Assembly: GCA_964016885.1 (NCBI GenBank)
Contig: OZ024742.1
Location: 22,692,001 to 22,756,000, forward strand
Length of the DNA: 64,000 nucleotides
Direction of reading: 5' to 3'
Source: Eledone cirrhosa
Lineage: Eukaryota
The position numbers and the translations under genes are program-made. The first letter of the stretch is position 1. Each line of letters opens with the position of its first letter. The notes under the pieces were generated by a model that was given only the letters and a program-made list of their open reading frames with translations, was not told the DNA's origin and did not search any database. This document shows, piece by piece, positions 14,651-28,686 of the stretch.

Positions 14651-16163
14651 GGAACAAGTAAGACCCCGACGGCTGAGCTCAAGCCGTTTCGACGGCTAAT
14701 TCTGTACTGGATGAAAATTTATTCTGGTATTTAAATAGCCGAGCTTATAAAGGGGTAATTCCATATATGGTCAAAGAGATAATCACCAGGATTGGTCACA
14801 TCACAAGTTTAGTAGTAAATCTGTGATGGCAAATTGGTAGGGGAAGGGGTAGCTAAACCTGCCGGTAGGAGAAAAAGGGAGAGGGGGTGGAGTAGACCCA
14901 TTCATGCGTTGGTAGTGCCAGCTACAGCTGGGCGTGAGGTCAAAGAGGATACAGGGGAGGGGGAGGAGGTCGAAACGGTAAGATGAACAATGAAGGGTAA
15001 ATCTATAGAAGGTACTGAGAGAGAAGAAGAAGAAAAAAAAAAAAAAGCAAAGTCTGGTTACTAAGACTTAAGTCTCTCGCTATTGCTAGGCTAAAGAAAT
15101 ACATAAATAAATAAATAAACAAATAAGTGAATAAAAGAATAGATAAATAAATTTAAAAAAAAATATATATATATATAATGAAGAATAAAAAAATAAATAA
15201 TAATAATAAAAATAAACTAGGTGGGACGGAAATAAAGGGACCCTTATACGGTGTATAAGTGCGTGTATCGTACGGTGACGGGTCAACTAAGTGGGGGCCA
15301 AAATACTAAAGAGACTACCACGAAATAATAAAGGTTTCTACCCCAATCACAGGGCCAGCAACCACCCAGTGCAAGAAAGTAAACTAGTACGAGAATATAA
15401 TTCAGGGTCCCGCAAAAAAATACTAGTGCTAACTCTAAGGGTACCGCCACGAAACAAAAAGTCTTATACAAGCTACATGAAAGATCGTACGAAGTAAAAG
15501 TAAAGAACGGAAAATTAATACAGGACCCCCCCCCCCCAAAAAAAAAGGGAAAAAGAAAGAAATACTGGATAAACGAGAAATTAAAGCAAAGATGCCACTA
15601 AGAAATATAGAAGGCACGGAAAAAAGGGACAGCGGTCGGAGAAGGGGGCGAGTATCCGAAGTCTAACACCTCTGCTATCAGAAGCGGAGTCAGAATAGGG
15701 AAGGGGGTGGGGGTGCTGAAGCTACAACGGACCGATGGGCTACCTCGGGTGGGCGAGAAAAAGACGACGACAAAGAAAAGGAACTGGGGTAGAAGGACTA
15801 GGGAGGGATGGGGGGAAGGAGGAAATATAGAGGAAGCGATAAAAGAATGTAAAAGAAGATCTTACGTCTCCATTGGCAAGCAGGGGTTACCCATTATAAA
15901 ATAGGCAAGTGGGGTGTTATAGCCCTAGTCTACCCCCCCGGGTCATTATGGGGTTTGAGGGCGAGGTAAGTCCTACGTAATCGGTGTTTACATGCAGTAA
16001 CCAGTTCATCTTTCTTGTTTAGGAGTTGGTCCGTCGAAAACAGCATTTGTAATGTTTCCTCCGAGCATAAATTGCACGGACGGCGTCCTCCCGTGTAAGA
16101 GTTGGCTCTGGACAGTAATTTCCAAGTGAGATCATAGTTGATGTTGTTGTCCTTGAGGTCCCA
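14651..16163 (-). mobile_element. 5'-truncated copy of PLE-B (end of GIY-YIG plus 3' UTR/pLTR) in (TA)n
   Basis: Near-identical to 35868-37418; (TA)n on both sides. Confidence 0.93.
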
Positions 16164-16461
16164 TATATATATATATATATAAAGGTATATATTGAGTTAG
16201 AAACTCAAAATAGTCTCTTACAATTAAATAGTTCAAAGAAAGAAGTTTTTCTGAGCCGTGTAATATAATTGAATATACAAGAGAGGTAAACACAAATATA
16301 AACATACATGTGTTCAAATTGAAAGGGACCAGGTTCACTAGGGTGAAAAAAATACTAACTATAACAATATGGTTTGCCAAACTCAATTTAAAGTAATAAA
16401 TTAAGAAAAAGAAAAACAAACCTATATTGGGCAACTGCCTGAATACCCAGCTTAAGGTAGC

Positions 16462-16632
16462 TGTCTATCTAGGGCGGGTAAAATTCCCGAGATTCATTTA
16501 CGAGTTCTCTCCAGCGGTCTCTGTCCCTCATTATCGCTGCCATGTCCTGCGTCTCCAACAGACCAGTGTCTGTCCTTAGGGCATCAACAGACGTTAACCT
16601 TGGTCTTCCTCTTCCAGTGTGTCCATGTATAG
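16462..16632 (-). mobile_element. 3' fragment of an RTE-like LINE, same family as 52651-52913
   Basis: Reverse complement matches 52747-52913, including the ccgccctagatag end. Confidence 0.85.
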
Positions 16633-16825
16633 TATATTTGGCAATATACCGTATGCTTAACTAAAAACATTTTGAAGACCATACGCTATCAGTTTTAAAG
16701 TAGTGACTATGTCACGTACTTATTTTCTTCGGTTAAAGAAGGGAGAGAAGTTAGCTGTCTGTTTCATGCTGTTGGCAATCATCAGAGCAACTTACTCCCC
16801 GCTTTCGCCGGCATATATATATGTA

Positions 16826-17148
16826 TAGTGTGTGTCTCTGATGAAATCGTCGGATTTGATCAGAGACACACACTGTATTTAAGGTCGAGTGACACAACTT
16901 CGAGTGATTAGCGGCCTTTAGACTCACCTGATCAATGAAACAATTGTTAATACTGTAAATAAAACCCTTTTTGTACAGCCGGCCATGTTATTTTTCACAC
17001 TTTCACTACTATTACCCCAAGAATAACCTGCATGGGAATTCTCGCAAACTCGCTACCTAACTAAGGAAACCTCCGTACGTTAAAACTATCCACAGTACAG
17101 AGTACTCACAACCTCTAGCTGGATTACCTGATACGATAACTTGTTATC

Positions 17149-17150
<2 letters not shown>
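16826..17150. mobile_element. Probable fold-back element in (TA)n with a short left arm
   Basis: agtgtgtgtctctgat..aaatc gtcg gattt..atcagagacacacact hairpin, then unique sequence ending at (TA)n. Confidence 0.5.
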
Positions 17151-17206
<56 letters not shown>

Positions 17207-17525
17207 CTTTGATAACTTTGATAGGTTTCGGCCAGTATCGGCCCAGGCCATGTCTAACTTAATAGCACCACCTGGCGAAGTCTTACAAATCGGGGTTTGG
17301 GCACCTTGGCCCACTCGAGCAGAGAGTTATTGTTTACGGAGGCATATCCGTATGTATAATATAATGTGTGTATATATAGAATATACATAAGAAGAAACAT
17401 TTGTCAATCGAACTGGCAATAAATATTTACAAGATGAATTTCAGTAACACAACATTCGATCAGTTTACTGAGAAAACTAACAACATTACTTGCATCGGTA
17501 ACATATTAGTCGGGAAAGAGCAGTT

Positions 17526-17571
<46 letters not shown>

Positions 17572-17735
17572 AGTGGAAGCTTAGTAAGTCGGCCTGTGTG
17601 TATATGAGGGTATATATATATATGTGTGTGTGTGTGTATGTGTATATATGTATATATGTGTGTGTATAAGGATATACATATATGTGTGTATGTGTGTGTG
17701 TGTTAGTGTGTATTTATGCGAGTGTGTGTATATGG

Positions 17736-17801
<66 letters not shown>

Positions 17802-18416
17802 ATATATATATTATGTGTGTGTATGTGTGTGTGGACATAAATACATAAATTGAAATAAGCTATGTATTCTGTTGAGTATGTTTTCAGAAAATGGAATGCT
17901 TTTCTAGTAAGTTCTTTCTAATTTCTTGCCAACATAAATTTACATTAACCCATAAATGCATTCTCTGGGAAAGCAGAGAATTCATAGAACATGAAACAAA
18001 GGAGGAAGCAAAATGGCGACTGAGAAAAGAATTGTGTGCGTGTGACTAGCTCTATACCGTACAACTGTAAACAGAAGATAGAAAAACATGAAAACAGAAA
18101 ATAAACACAATAAATATATTTTTGTATACATCTGCAATCAACGATATGGAATTGAGGTAAATTTCATAATATAATCCATTAATGGCTTATAATCTAAGAT
18201 ATGTGAATTAACATGCCACCAGAATCTGATTGGATGTTATACTCTGCTATCCTTAATTCCAGAAAGTTAATTCGCTTCAAGCAAAAATCTCTCGCATTTT
18301 ATCTCTCAATCTCTCTTTCTCTCTTTCTCTTGTTTTAACCATTTCTGTCTGTTTTGGGTTGTTGGTTGTTTGTTTTCTTTCTTTTCATGTGTACACCTAA
18401 CGATCACGTGTGTATG

Positions 18417-19690
18417 TAGTGGTGGTTGTTGTTGTGTTGGTGGTGGTTGTGGTGGTTGTGGCGGTGGTGGTGGTGGTGTTTGTGGCGGTGGTGGTGTTTG
18501 TGGCGGCGGTGGTTGTGGTTGTGGCGGTGGCGGCGGTGGTGGTGGTTGTGGCGGTGGTGGTGGTTGTGGTGGTGGTGGTGGTGGTGGTTGTGGCGGCGGT
18601 GGTTGTGGTTGTGGCGGTGGTGGTGGTTGTGGCGGTGGTGGTGGTGGTTGTGGCGGTGGTGGTGGTTGTGGCGGTGGTGGTGGTGGTTGTGGCGGGGTGG
18701 TGGTGGTGGTCGTGTTTGTAGTGCTGGTGGTTATAGTAGTGATGGTGTTGGAGTGGTGATGGTGGTTGTGGTGTTGGAGGTTGTAGTGGCGGTGGTGGTG
18801 GTGGTGGTTGTGGCGGTGGCGGTGGTCGTGTTTGTAGTTGTGGTGGTTATAGTAGTGATGGTGTTGGAGTGGTGATGGTGGTTGTGGTGTTGGTGGTTGT
18901 AGTGGCGGCGGTGGTGGTGGTGGTTGTGGCGGTGCTGGTGGTCGTGTTTGTAGTTGTGGTGGTTATAGTGGTGATGGTGTTGGAGTGGTGATGGTGGTTG
19001 TCGTGTTGGTGGTTGTAGTGGCGATAGTGGTGGTGGTGGTTGTGGCGGTGCTAGTGGTCGTGTTTGTAGTGGTGGTGGTTATAGTGGTGATGGTGTTGGA
19101 GTGGTGATGGTGGTGGAGTTGGTGGCGTTGGTTGTAGTGGTGTTGGTGGTTGTGGTAGTGATGGTGGTAGTTGTAGTGGTGATGGTGGTTGTAGTGGTGA
19201 TGGTGGATGTAGTGGTGGTAGTGGCTGTAGTGGTGATGGTGGTAGAGTTGGTGGTTGTGGTAATGATGGTGGCGTTGGTTGTAGTGGTGTTGGTGGTAGT
19301 TGAGGTAGTGGTGGTGTTGTTTGTACTGGTGGCGGTGGTGGTGGTTGTAGTGGTGATGGTGGTGGAGTTGGTGGTGGTGGTTGTAGTGGTGATGTTGGCT
19401 GTAGTGGTGGTGGTGGTGGTGGTGGTGGTGGTGTTTGTAGTGGTGATGGTGGTGGAGTTGGTGGTGTTGGTTGTAGTGGTGGTGGTGGTTGTAGTGGTGA
19501 TGTTGGCTGTAGTGGTGGTGGTGTTGTTTGTAGTGGTGATGGTGGTGGAGCTGCTGATGTTGGTAATGATGGTGGGGTGGTCTGTAGGGGTGAGGGTCGT
19601 TATGTTGATGGTGTTGGTTGTTATGGTGGTGGTTGTGATGGAACTGGTAGTGGTTATGGTGGTGTTGTTGTTGGTGGTTGTGGTTGTGGG
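18417..19690. repeat. (GGT)n-derived low-complexity repeat with ~115-bp sub-repeats
   Basis: GGT/GTT/GTA triplets; gtcgtgtttgtagt..ttatagt..gatggtgttggagtggtgat recurs about 4 times. Confidence 0.9.
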
Positions 19691-22600
19691 CCTGGTGGTT
19701 GTTACTTGTGGCGGTGTTGGTTGTAGTGGTGGTGCTGGTGGTTGTGGTTGTGGGCCTGGTGGTTGTTACTTGTGGTGGTGTTGGTTGTAGGGGTGCTGGT
19801 GGTTGTGGTGTTGGGCCTGGTGGTTGTTACTTGTGGTGGTGTTGGTTGTAGTGGTGCTGGTGGTTGTGGTGTTGGGCCTGATGGTTGTTACTTGTGGTGG
19901 TGTTGGTTGTAGTGGTGGTGGTGGTTGTGGTGTTGGGCATGGTGGTTGTTACTTGTGGTGGTGTTGGTTGTAGTGGTGCTGGTGGTTGTGGTGTTGGGCC
20001 TGGTGGTTGTTACTTGTGGTGGTGTTGGTTGTAGGGGTGCTGGTGGTTGTGGTGTTGGGCCTGGTGGTTGTTACTTGTGGTGGTGTTGTTTGTAGGGGTG
20101 GTGGTGGTTGTGGTGTTGGGCCTGGTGGTTGTTACTTGTGGTGGTGTTGGTTGTAGTGGTGGTGGTTTTGGTGTTGGGCCTGGTGGTTGTTACTTGTGGT
20201 GGTTTTGGTTGTAGGGGTGCTGGTGGTTGTGGTTTTGGGCCTGGTGGTTGTTACTTGTGGTGGTGTTGGTTGTAGTGGTGCTGGTGGTTGTGGTGTTGGG
20301 CCTGGTGGTTGTTACTTGTGGTGGTGTTGGTTGTAGGGGTGCTGGTGGTTGTGGTGTTGGGCCTGGTGGTTGTTACTTGTGGTGGTGGTGGTTGTAGTGG
20401 TGCTGGTGGTTGTGGTTGTGGGCCTGGTGGTTGTTACTTGTGGTGGTGTTGGTTGTAGTGGTGGTGGTGGTTGTGCTGTTGGGCCTGGTGGTTGTTACTT
20501 GTGGTGGTGCTGGTTGTAGGGGTGCTGGTGGTTGTGGTGTTGGGACTGGTGGTTGTTACTTGTGGTGGTGTTGGTTGTAGGGGTGCTGGTGGTTGTGGTG
20601 TTGGGCCTAGTGGTTGTTACTTGTGGTGGTGTTGGTTGTAGGGGTGCTGGTGGTTGTGGTGTTGGGCCTGGTGGTTGTTACTTGTGGTGGTGTTGGTTGT
20701 AGTGGTGGTGCTGGTGGTTGTGGTGTTGGGCCTGGTGGTTGTTACTTGTAGTGGTGTTGGTTGTAGTGGTGGTGGTTGTGGTGTTGGGCCTGGTGTTTAT
20801 TACTTGTGGTGGTGTTGGTTGTAGTGGTGGTGGTGGTTGTGCTGTTGGGCCTGGTGGTTGTTACTTGTGGTGGTGCTGGTTGTAGGGGTGCTGGTGGTTG
20901 TGGTGTTGGGACTGGTGGTTGTTACTTGTGGTGGTGTTGGTTGTAGGGGTGCTGGTGGTTGTGGTGTTGGGCCTAGTGGTTGTTACTTGTGGTGGTGTTG
21001 GTTGTAGGGGTGCTGGTGGTTGTGGTGTTGGGCCTGGTGGTTGTTACTTGTGGTGGTGTTGGTTGTAGTGGTGGTGGTGGTTGTGGTGTTGTGCCTGGTG
21101 GTTGTTACTTGGGGTGGTGTTGGTTGTAGTGGTGGTGGTGGTTGTGGTGTTGGGCCTGGTGGTTGTTACTTGTGGTGGTGTTGGTTGTAGGGGTGGTGGT
21201 GGTTGTGGTGTTGGGCCTGGTGGTTGTTACTTGTGTTGGTGTTGGTTGTAGTGGTGGTGGTGGTTGTGGTGTTGGGCCTGGTGGTTGTTACTTGTGGTGG
21301 TGTTGGTTGCAGTGGTGGTGGTGGTTGTGGTGTTGGGCCTGATGGTTGTTACTTGTGGTGGTGTTGGTTGTAGTACTGGTGGTTGTGGTGTTGGGCCTGG
21401 TGGTTATTACTTGTGGTGGTGATGGTTGTAGTGGTGGTGGTTGTGGTGTTGGGCCTGGTGGTTGTTACTTGTGGTGGTGTTGGTTGTAGTGGTGGTGTTG
21501 GTTGTAGTGGTGGTGGTGGTTGTGGTGTTGGGCCTGGTGGTTGTTACTTGTGGTGGTGTTGGTTGTAGGGGTGGTGGTGGTTGTGGTGTTGGGCCTGGTG
21601 GTTGTTACTTGTGTTGGTGTTGGTTGTAGTGGTGGTGGTGGTTGTGGTGTTGGGCCTGGTGGTTGTTTCTTGTGGTGGTGTTGGTTGTAGTGGTGGTGGT
21701 GGTTGTGGTGTTGGGCCTGATGGTTGTTACTTGTGGTGGTGTTGGTTGTAGTGCTGGTGGTTGTGGTGTTGGGCCTGGTGGTTATTACTTGTGGTGGTGT
21801 TGGTTGTAGTGGTGGTGGTTGTGGTGTTGGGCCTGGTGGTTGTTACTTGTGGTGGTGTTGGTTGTAGGGGTGGTGGTTGTTGTGGTGTTGGGCCTGGTGG
21901 TTGTTACTTGTGGTGGTGTTGGTTGTAGTGGTGCTGGTGGTGGTGGTTGTGGTGTTGGGCCTGGTGGTTGTTACTTGTGGTGGTGTTGGTTGCAGGGGTG
22001 CTGGTGGTTGTGGTGTTGGGCCTGGTGGTTGTTACTTGTGGTGGTGTTGGTTGTAGTGGTGGTGGTGGTTGTGGTGTTGGGCCTGGTGGTTGTTACTTGT
22101 GGTGGTGTTGGTTGTAGTGGTGGTGGTGTTTGTGGTGTTGGGCCTGGTGGTTGTTACTTGTGGTGGTGTTGGTTGTAGTGGTGGTGGTTGTGGTTGTGGT
22201 GTTGGGCCTGGTGGTTGTTACTTGTGGTGGTGTTGGTTTTAGGGGTGCTGGTGGTTGTGGTGTTGGGCCTGGTGGTTGTTACTTGTGGTGGTGTTGGTTG
22301 TAGTGGTGCTGGTGGTGGTGGTTGTTACTTGTGGTGGTGTTGGTTGTAGTGGTGCTGGTGGTTGTGGTGTTGGGCCTGATGGTTGTTACTTGTGGTGGTG
22401 TTGGTTGTAGTGGTGGTGGTGGTTGTGGTGTTGGGCCTGGTGGTTATTACTTGTGGTGGTGTTGGTTGTAGTGGTGGTGGTTGTGGTGTTGGGCCTGGTG
22501 GTTGTTACTTGTGGTGGTGTTGGTTGTAGTGGTGCTGGTGGTTGTGGTGTTGGGCCTGATGGTTGTTACTTGTGGTGGTGTTGGTTGTAGTGGTGGTGGT

Positions 22601-25600
22601 GGTTGTGGTGTTGGGCATGGTGGTTGTTACTTGTGGTGGTGTTGGTTGTAGGGGTGGTGGTTGTTGTGGTGTTGGGCCTGGTGGTTGTTACTTGTGGTGG
22701 TGTTGGTTGTAGTGGTGCTGGTGATGGTGGTTGTGGTGTTGGGCCTGGTGGTTGTTACTTGTGGTGGTGTTGGTTGTAGGGGTGGTGGTGGTTGTGGTGT
22801 TGGGCCTGGTGGTTATTACTTGTGGTGGTGTTGGTTGTAGTGGTGGTGGTTGTGGTGTCGGGCCTGGTGGTTGTTACTTGTGGTGGTGTTGGTTGTAGTG
22901 GTGCTGGTGGTTGTGGTGTCGGGCCTGATGGTTGTTACTTGTGGTGGTGTTGGTTGTAGTGGTGGTGGTGGTTGTGGTGTTTGGCCTGGTGGTTATTACT
23001 TGTGGTGGTGTTGGTTGTAGTGGTGGTGGTTGTGGTGTTGGGCCTGGTGGTTGTTACTTGTGGTGGTGTTGGTTGTAGTGGTGCTGGTGGTTGTGGTGTT
23101 GGGCCTGATGGTTGTTACTTGTGGTGGTGTTGGTTGTAGTGGTGGTGGTGGTTGTGGTGTTGGGCATGGTGGTTGTTACTTGTGGTGGTGTTGGTTGTAG
23201 TGGTGCTGGTGGTTGTGGTGTTGGGCCTGGTGGTTGTTACTTGTGGTGGTGTTGGTTGTAGGGGTGCTGGTGGTTGTGGTGTTGGGCATGGTGGTTGTTA
23301 CTTGTGGCGGTGTTGGTTGTAGTGGTGGTGGTGGTTGTGGTGTTGGGCCTGGTGGTTGTTACTTGTGGTGGTGTTGGTTGTAGTGGTGGTGGTGGTTGTG
23401 GTGTTGGGCCTGGTGGTTGTTACTTGTGGTGGTGTTGGTTGTAGTGGTGGTGGTTGTGGTGTTGGGCCTGGTGGTTGTTACTTGTGGTGGTGTTGGTTGT
23501 AGGGGTGCTGGTGGTTGTGGTGTTGGGCCTGATGGTTGTTACTTGTGGTGGTGTTGGTTGTAGTGGTGCTGGTGGTTGTGGTGTTGGGCCTGGTGGTTGT
23601 TACTTGTGGTGGTGTTGGTTGTAGTGGTGGTGGTTGTGGTGTTGGGCCTGGTGGTTGTTACTTGTGGTGGTGTTGGTTGTAGGGGTGCTGGTGGTTGTGG
23701 TGTTGGGCCTGGTGGTTGTTCCTTGTGGTGGTGTTGGTTGTAGGGGTGGTGGTGGTTGTGGTGTTGGGCCTGGTGGTTATTACTTGTGGTGGTGTTGGTT
23801 GTAGTGGTGGTGGTTGTGGTGTCGGGCCTGGTGGTTGTTACTTGTGGTGGTGTTGGTTGTAGTGGTGGTGGTGGTTGTGGTGTTGGGCCTGGTGGTTATT
23901 ACTTGTGGTGGTGTTGGTTGTATTTGTGCTGGTGATTGTGGTGTTGGGCCTGGTGGTTGTTACTTGTGGTGGTGTTGGTTGTAGGGGTGCTGGTGGTTGT
24001 GGTGTTGGGCCTGGTGGTTGTTACTTGTGGTGGTGTTGGTTGTAGTGGTGCTGGTGGTGGTGGTTGTGGTGTTGCGCCTGGTGGTTGTTACTTGTGGTGG
24101 TGTTGGTTGTAGGGGTGGTGGTGGTTGTGGTGTTGGGCCTGGTGGTTATTACTTGTGGTGGTGTTGGTTGTAGTGGTGGTGGTTGTGGTGTTGGGCCTGG
24201 TGGTTGTTACTTGTGGTGGTGCTGGTTGTAGTGGTGCTGGTGGTTGTGGTGTTGGGCCTGATGGTTGTTACTTGTGGTGGTGTTGGTTGTAGTGGTGGTG
24301 GTGGTTGTGGTGTTGGGCCTGGTGGTTATTACTTGTGGTGGTGTTGGTTGTAGTGGTGGTGGTTGTGGTGTCGGGCCTGGTGGTTGTTACTTGTGGTGGT
24401 GTTGGTTGTAGTGGTAGAGGTGGTTGTGGTGTTTGGCCTGGTGGTTATTACTTGTGGTGGTGTTGGTTGTAGTGGTGGTGGTTGTGGTGTTGGGCCTGGT
24501 GGTTGTTACTTGTGGTGGTGTTGGTTGTAGTGGTGCTGGTGGTTGTGGTGTTGGGCCTGATGGTTGTTACTTGTGGTGGTGTTGGTTGTAGTGGTGGTGG
24601 TGGTTGTGTTGTTGGGCATGGTGGTTGTTACTTGTGGTGGTGTTGGTTGTAGTGGTGCTGGTGGTTGTGGTGTTGGGCCTGGTGGTTGTTACTTGTGGTG
24701 GTATTGGTTGTAGTGGTGGTGGTTGTGGTGTTGGGCCTGGTGGTTGTTACTTGTGGTGGTGTTGGTTGTAGGGGTGCTGGTGGTTGTGGTGTTGGGCCTG
24801 GTGGTTGTTACTTGTGGTGGTGTTGGTTGTAGTGGTGGTGGTGGTTGTGGTGTTGGGCCTGGTGGTTGTTACTTGTGGTGGTGTTGGTTGTAGTGGTGGT
24901 GGTGTTTGTGGTGTTGGGCCTGGTGGTTGTTACTTGTGGTGGTGTTGGTTGTAGTGGTGGTGGCTGTGGTGTTGGGCCTGGTGGTTGTTACTTGTGGTGG
25001 TGTTGGTTGTAGGGGTGCTGGTGGTTGTGGTGTTGGGCCTGGTGGTTGTTACTTGTGGTGGTGTTCGTTGTAGTGGTGCTGGTGGTGGTGGTTGTGGTGT
25101 TGGGCCTGGTGGTCGTTACTTGTGGTGGTGTTGGTTGTAGGGGTGGTAGTGGTTGTGGTGTTGGGCCTGGTGGTTATTACTTGTGGTGGTGTTGGTTGTA
25201 GTGGTGGTGGTTGTGGTGTTGGGCCTGGTGGTTGTTACTTGTGGTGGTGTTCGTTGTAGTGGTGCTGGTGGTTGTGGTGTTGGGCCTGATGGTTGTTACT
25301 TGTGGTGGTGTTGGTTGTAGTGGTGGTGGTGGTTGTGGTGTTGGGCCTGGTGGTTATTACTTGTGGTGGTGTTGGTTGTAGTGGTGGTGGTTGTGGTGTT
25401 GGGCCTGGTGGTTGTTACTTGTGGTGGTGTTGGTTGTAGTGGTGCTGGTGGTTGTGGTGTTGGGCCTGATGGTTGTTACTTGTGGTGGTGTTGGTTGTAG
25501 TGGTGGTGGTGGTTGTGGTGTTGGGCATGGTGGTTGTTACTTGTGGTGGTGTTGGTTGTAGTGGTGCTGGTGGTTGTGGTGTTGGGCCTGGTGGTTGTTA

Positions 25601-28230
25601 CTTGTGGTGGTGTTGGTTGTAGTGGTGGTGGTTGTGGTGTTGGGCCTGGTGGTTGTTACTTGTGGTGGTGTTGGTTGTAGGGGTGCTGGTGGTTGTGGTG
25701 TTGGGCCTGGTGGTTGTTACTTGTGGTGGTGTTGGTTGTAGTGGTGGTGGTGGTTGTGGTGTTGGGCCTGGTGGTTGTTACTTGTGGTGGTGTTGGTTGT
25801 AGTGGTGGTGGTGGTTGTGGTGTTGGGCCTGGTGGTTGTTTCTTGTGGTGGTGTTGGTTGTAGTGCTGGTGGTTGTGGTGTTGGGCCTGGTGGTTGTTAC
25901 TTGTGGTGGTGTTAGTTGTAGTGGTGGTGGTTGTTGTGGTGTTGGGCCTGATGGTTGTTACTTGTGGTGGTGTTGGTTGTAGTACTGGTGGTTGTGGTGT
26001 TGGGCCTGGTGGTTATTACTTGTGGTGGTGTTGGTTTTAGTGGTGGTGGTTGTGGTGTTGGGTCTGGTGGTTGTTACTTGTGGTGGTGTTGGTTGTAGTG
26101 CTGGTGGTTGTGGTGTTGGGCCTGGTGGTTATTACTTGTGGTGGTGTTGGTTATAGTGGTGGTGGTTGTGGTGTTGGGCCTGGTGGTTGTTACTTGTGTT
26201 GGTGTTGGTTGTAGTGTTGGTGGTGGTTGTGGTGTTGGGCCTGGTGGTTGTTACTTGTGGTGGTGTTGGTTGTAGTGGTGGTGGTGGTTGTTGTGTTGGG
26301 CATGGTGGTTGTTACTTGTGGTGGTGTTGGTTGTAGTGGTGCTGGTGGTTGTGGTGTTGGGCCTGGTGGTTGTTACTTGTGGTGGTGTTGGTTGTAGTGG
26401 TGGTGGTTGTGGTGTTGGGCCTGGTGGTTGTTACTTGTGTTGGTGTTGGTTGTAGTGGTGGTGGTGGTTGTGGTGTTGGGCCTGGTGGTTGTTCCTTGTG
26501 GTGGTGTTGGTTGTAGGGGTGGTGGTGGTTGTGGTGTTGGGCCTGGTGGTTATTACTTGTGGTGGTGTTGGTTGTAGTGGTGGTGGTTGTGGTGTCGGGC
26601 CTGGTGGTTGTTACTTGTGGTGGTGTTGGTTGTAGTGGTGGTGGTTGTGGTGTTGGGCCTGGTGGTTATTACTTGTGGTGGTGTTGGTTGTATTTGTGCT
26701 GGTGGTTGTGGTGTTGGGCCTGGTGGTTGTTACTTGTGGTGGTGTTGGTTGTAGTGGTGGTGGTGGTTGTGGTGTTGGGCCTGGTGGTTGTTACTTGTGG
26801 TGGTGTTGGTTGTAGGGGTGGTGGTGGTTGTGGTGTTGGGCCTGGTGGTTATTACTTGTGGTGGTGTTGGTTGTAGTGGTGGTGGTTGTGGTGTTGGGCC
26901 TGGTGGTTGTTACTTGTGGTGGTGTTGGTTGTAGTGGTGCTGGTCGTTGTGGTGTTGGGCCTGATGGTTGTTACTTGTGGTGGTGTTGGTTGTAGTGGTG
27001 GTGGTGGTTGTGGTGTTGGGCCTGGTGGTTATTACTTGTGGTGGTGTTGGTTGTAGTTGTGGTGGTTGTGGTGTCGGGCCTGGTGTGTGTTACTTGTGGT
27101 GGTGTTGGTTGTTGTAGTGGTGGTGGTTGTGGTGTTGGGCCTGGTGGTTGTTACTTGTGGTGGTGTTGGTTGTAGTGGTGCTGGTGGTTGTGGTGTTGGG
27201 CCTGATGGTTGTTACTTGTGGTGGTGTTGGTTGTAGTGGTGGTGGTGGTTGTGTTGTTGGGCATGGTGGTTGTTACTTGTGGTGGTGTTGGTTGTAGTGG
27301 TGCTGGTGGTTGTGGTGTTGGGCCTGGTGGTTGTTACTTGTGGTGGTGTTGGTTGTAGTGGTGCTGGTGGTTGTGGTGTTGGGCCTGGTGGTTGTTACTT
27401 GTGGTGGTGTTGGTTGTAGGGGTGGTGCTGGTTGTGGTGTTGGGCCTGGTGGTTGTTACTTGTGGTGGTGTTGGTTGTAGGGGTGGTGGTGGTTGTGGTG
27501 TTGGGCCTGGTGGTTGTTACTTGTGGTGGTGTTGGTTGTAGTGGTGGTGGTGGTTGTGGTGTTGGGCCTGGTGGTTGTTACTTGTGGTGGTGTTGGTTGT
27601 AGTGTGGTGGTTGTGGTGTTGGGCCTGGTGGTTGTTACTTGTGGTGGTGTTGGTTGTAGTGGTTGTGGTGGTTGTGGTGTTGGGCCTGGTGGTTGTTACT
27701 TGTGGTGGTGTTGGTTGTAGTGGTGGTGGTGGTTGTGGTGTTGGGCCTGGTGGTTGTTACTTGTGGTGGTGTTGGTTGTAGGGGTGGTGGTGGTTGTGGT
27801 GTTGGGCCTGGTGGTTGTTACTTGTGGTGGTGTTGGTTGTAGGGCTGGTGGTGGTTGTGGTGTTGGGCCTGGTGGTTGTTACTTGTGGGGGTGTTGGTTG
27901 TAGTGGTGGTGCTGGTGGTTGTGGTGTTGGGCCTGGTGGTTGTTACTTGTGGTGGTGTTGGTTGTAGTGGTGCTGGTGGTTGTGGTTGTGGGCCTGGTGG
28001 TTGTTACTTGTGGTGGTGTTGGTTGTAGTGGTGCTGGTGGTTGTGGTTGTGGTGTTGGGCCTGGTGGTTGTTACTTGTGGTGGTGTTGGTTGTAGTGGTG
28101 GTGGTGGTTGTGGTGTTGGGCCTGGTGGTTGTTACTTGTGGTGGTGTTGGTTGTAGTGGTGGTGGTGGTTGTAGTGTTGGGCCTGGTGGTTGTTACTTGT
28201 GGTGGTGTTGGTTGTAGTGGTGGGGCTGGT
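19690..28230. repeat. 58/61-bp G/T-rich minisatellite, about 140 copies
   Basis: Unit ggtggttgtggtgttgggcctggtggttgttacttgtggtggtgttggttgtagt(ggt)(gct). Confidence 0.97.
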
Positions 28231-28469
28231 GATTGTCGTTGTAGTGGTGGGACTAGTGGTTTTAGTTTTGTTGATGGTGTTGGTGCTGGTGTTGGTAGTG
28301 AAAGGGTGTGGGGTGGCGTGTGACGTGGGGGGGTGGGGTGTGTGGGATGGTGAATGGAAACAAATCAAGACAAAAACAAAACACAACAAAGACAAATGGA
28401 AGAAAACAAGACTAAATGAAATGTTAATTAGATCACACAAGCAGCCATTGAAGTGTAGGAGCGGTTGGG

Positions 28470-28686
28470 AGGAGGAAGAAAGCCAGGGGGAGGAGTAGGA
28501 GATGGAAGAAAGCCAGGGTCGGTAGGAGGTGGAAGAAGGCCGGGGGGAGGGTAGGAGGTGGAAGAAGGCCCGGGGTGTGGTAGGAGGTGGAGTAGGAGGT
28601 GGAAGAAGGCCAGGGGGAGGAGTAGGAGATGGTAGAAGGCCAGGGGGAGGAGTAGATGATGGAAGAAGGCCAGGGAGGAGGAGGGG
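28470..28686. repeat. Purine-rich ~30-bp minisatellite
   Basis: ggaagaaggccagggggaggagtaggagat variants, about 7 copies. Confidence 0.85.

Noticed and set aside
16838-16870. CUGAUGA at 16838 as a hammerhead core
   Set aside because: It lies inside a fold-back hairpin with no GAAA after the helix and no matching stem I.
18370-28330. Mucin-like or Gly/Cys-rich coding repeat
   Set aside because: The 58/61-bp units are not multiples of 3, so stops recur on both strands. The ORFs are low-complexity artefacts.
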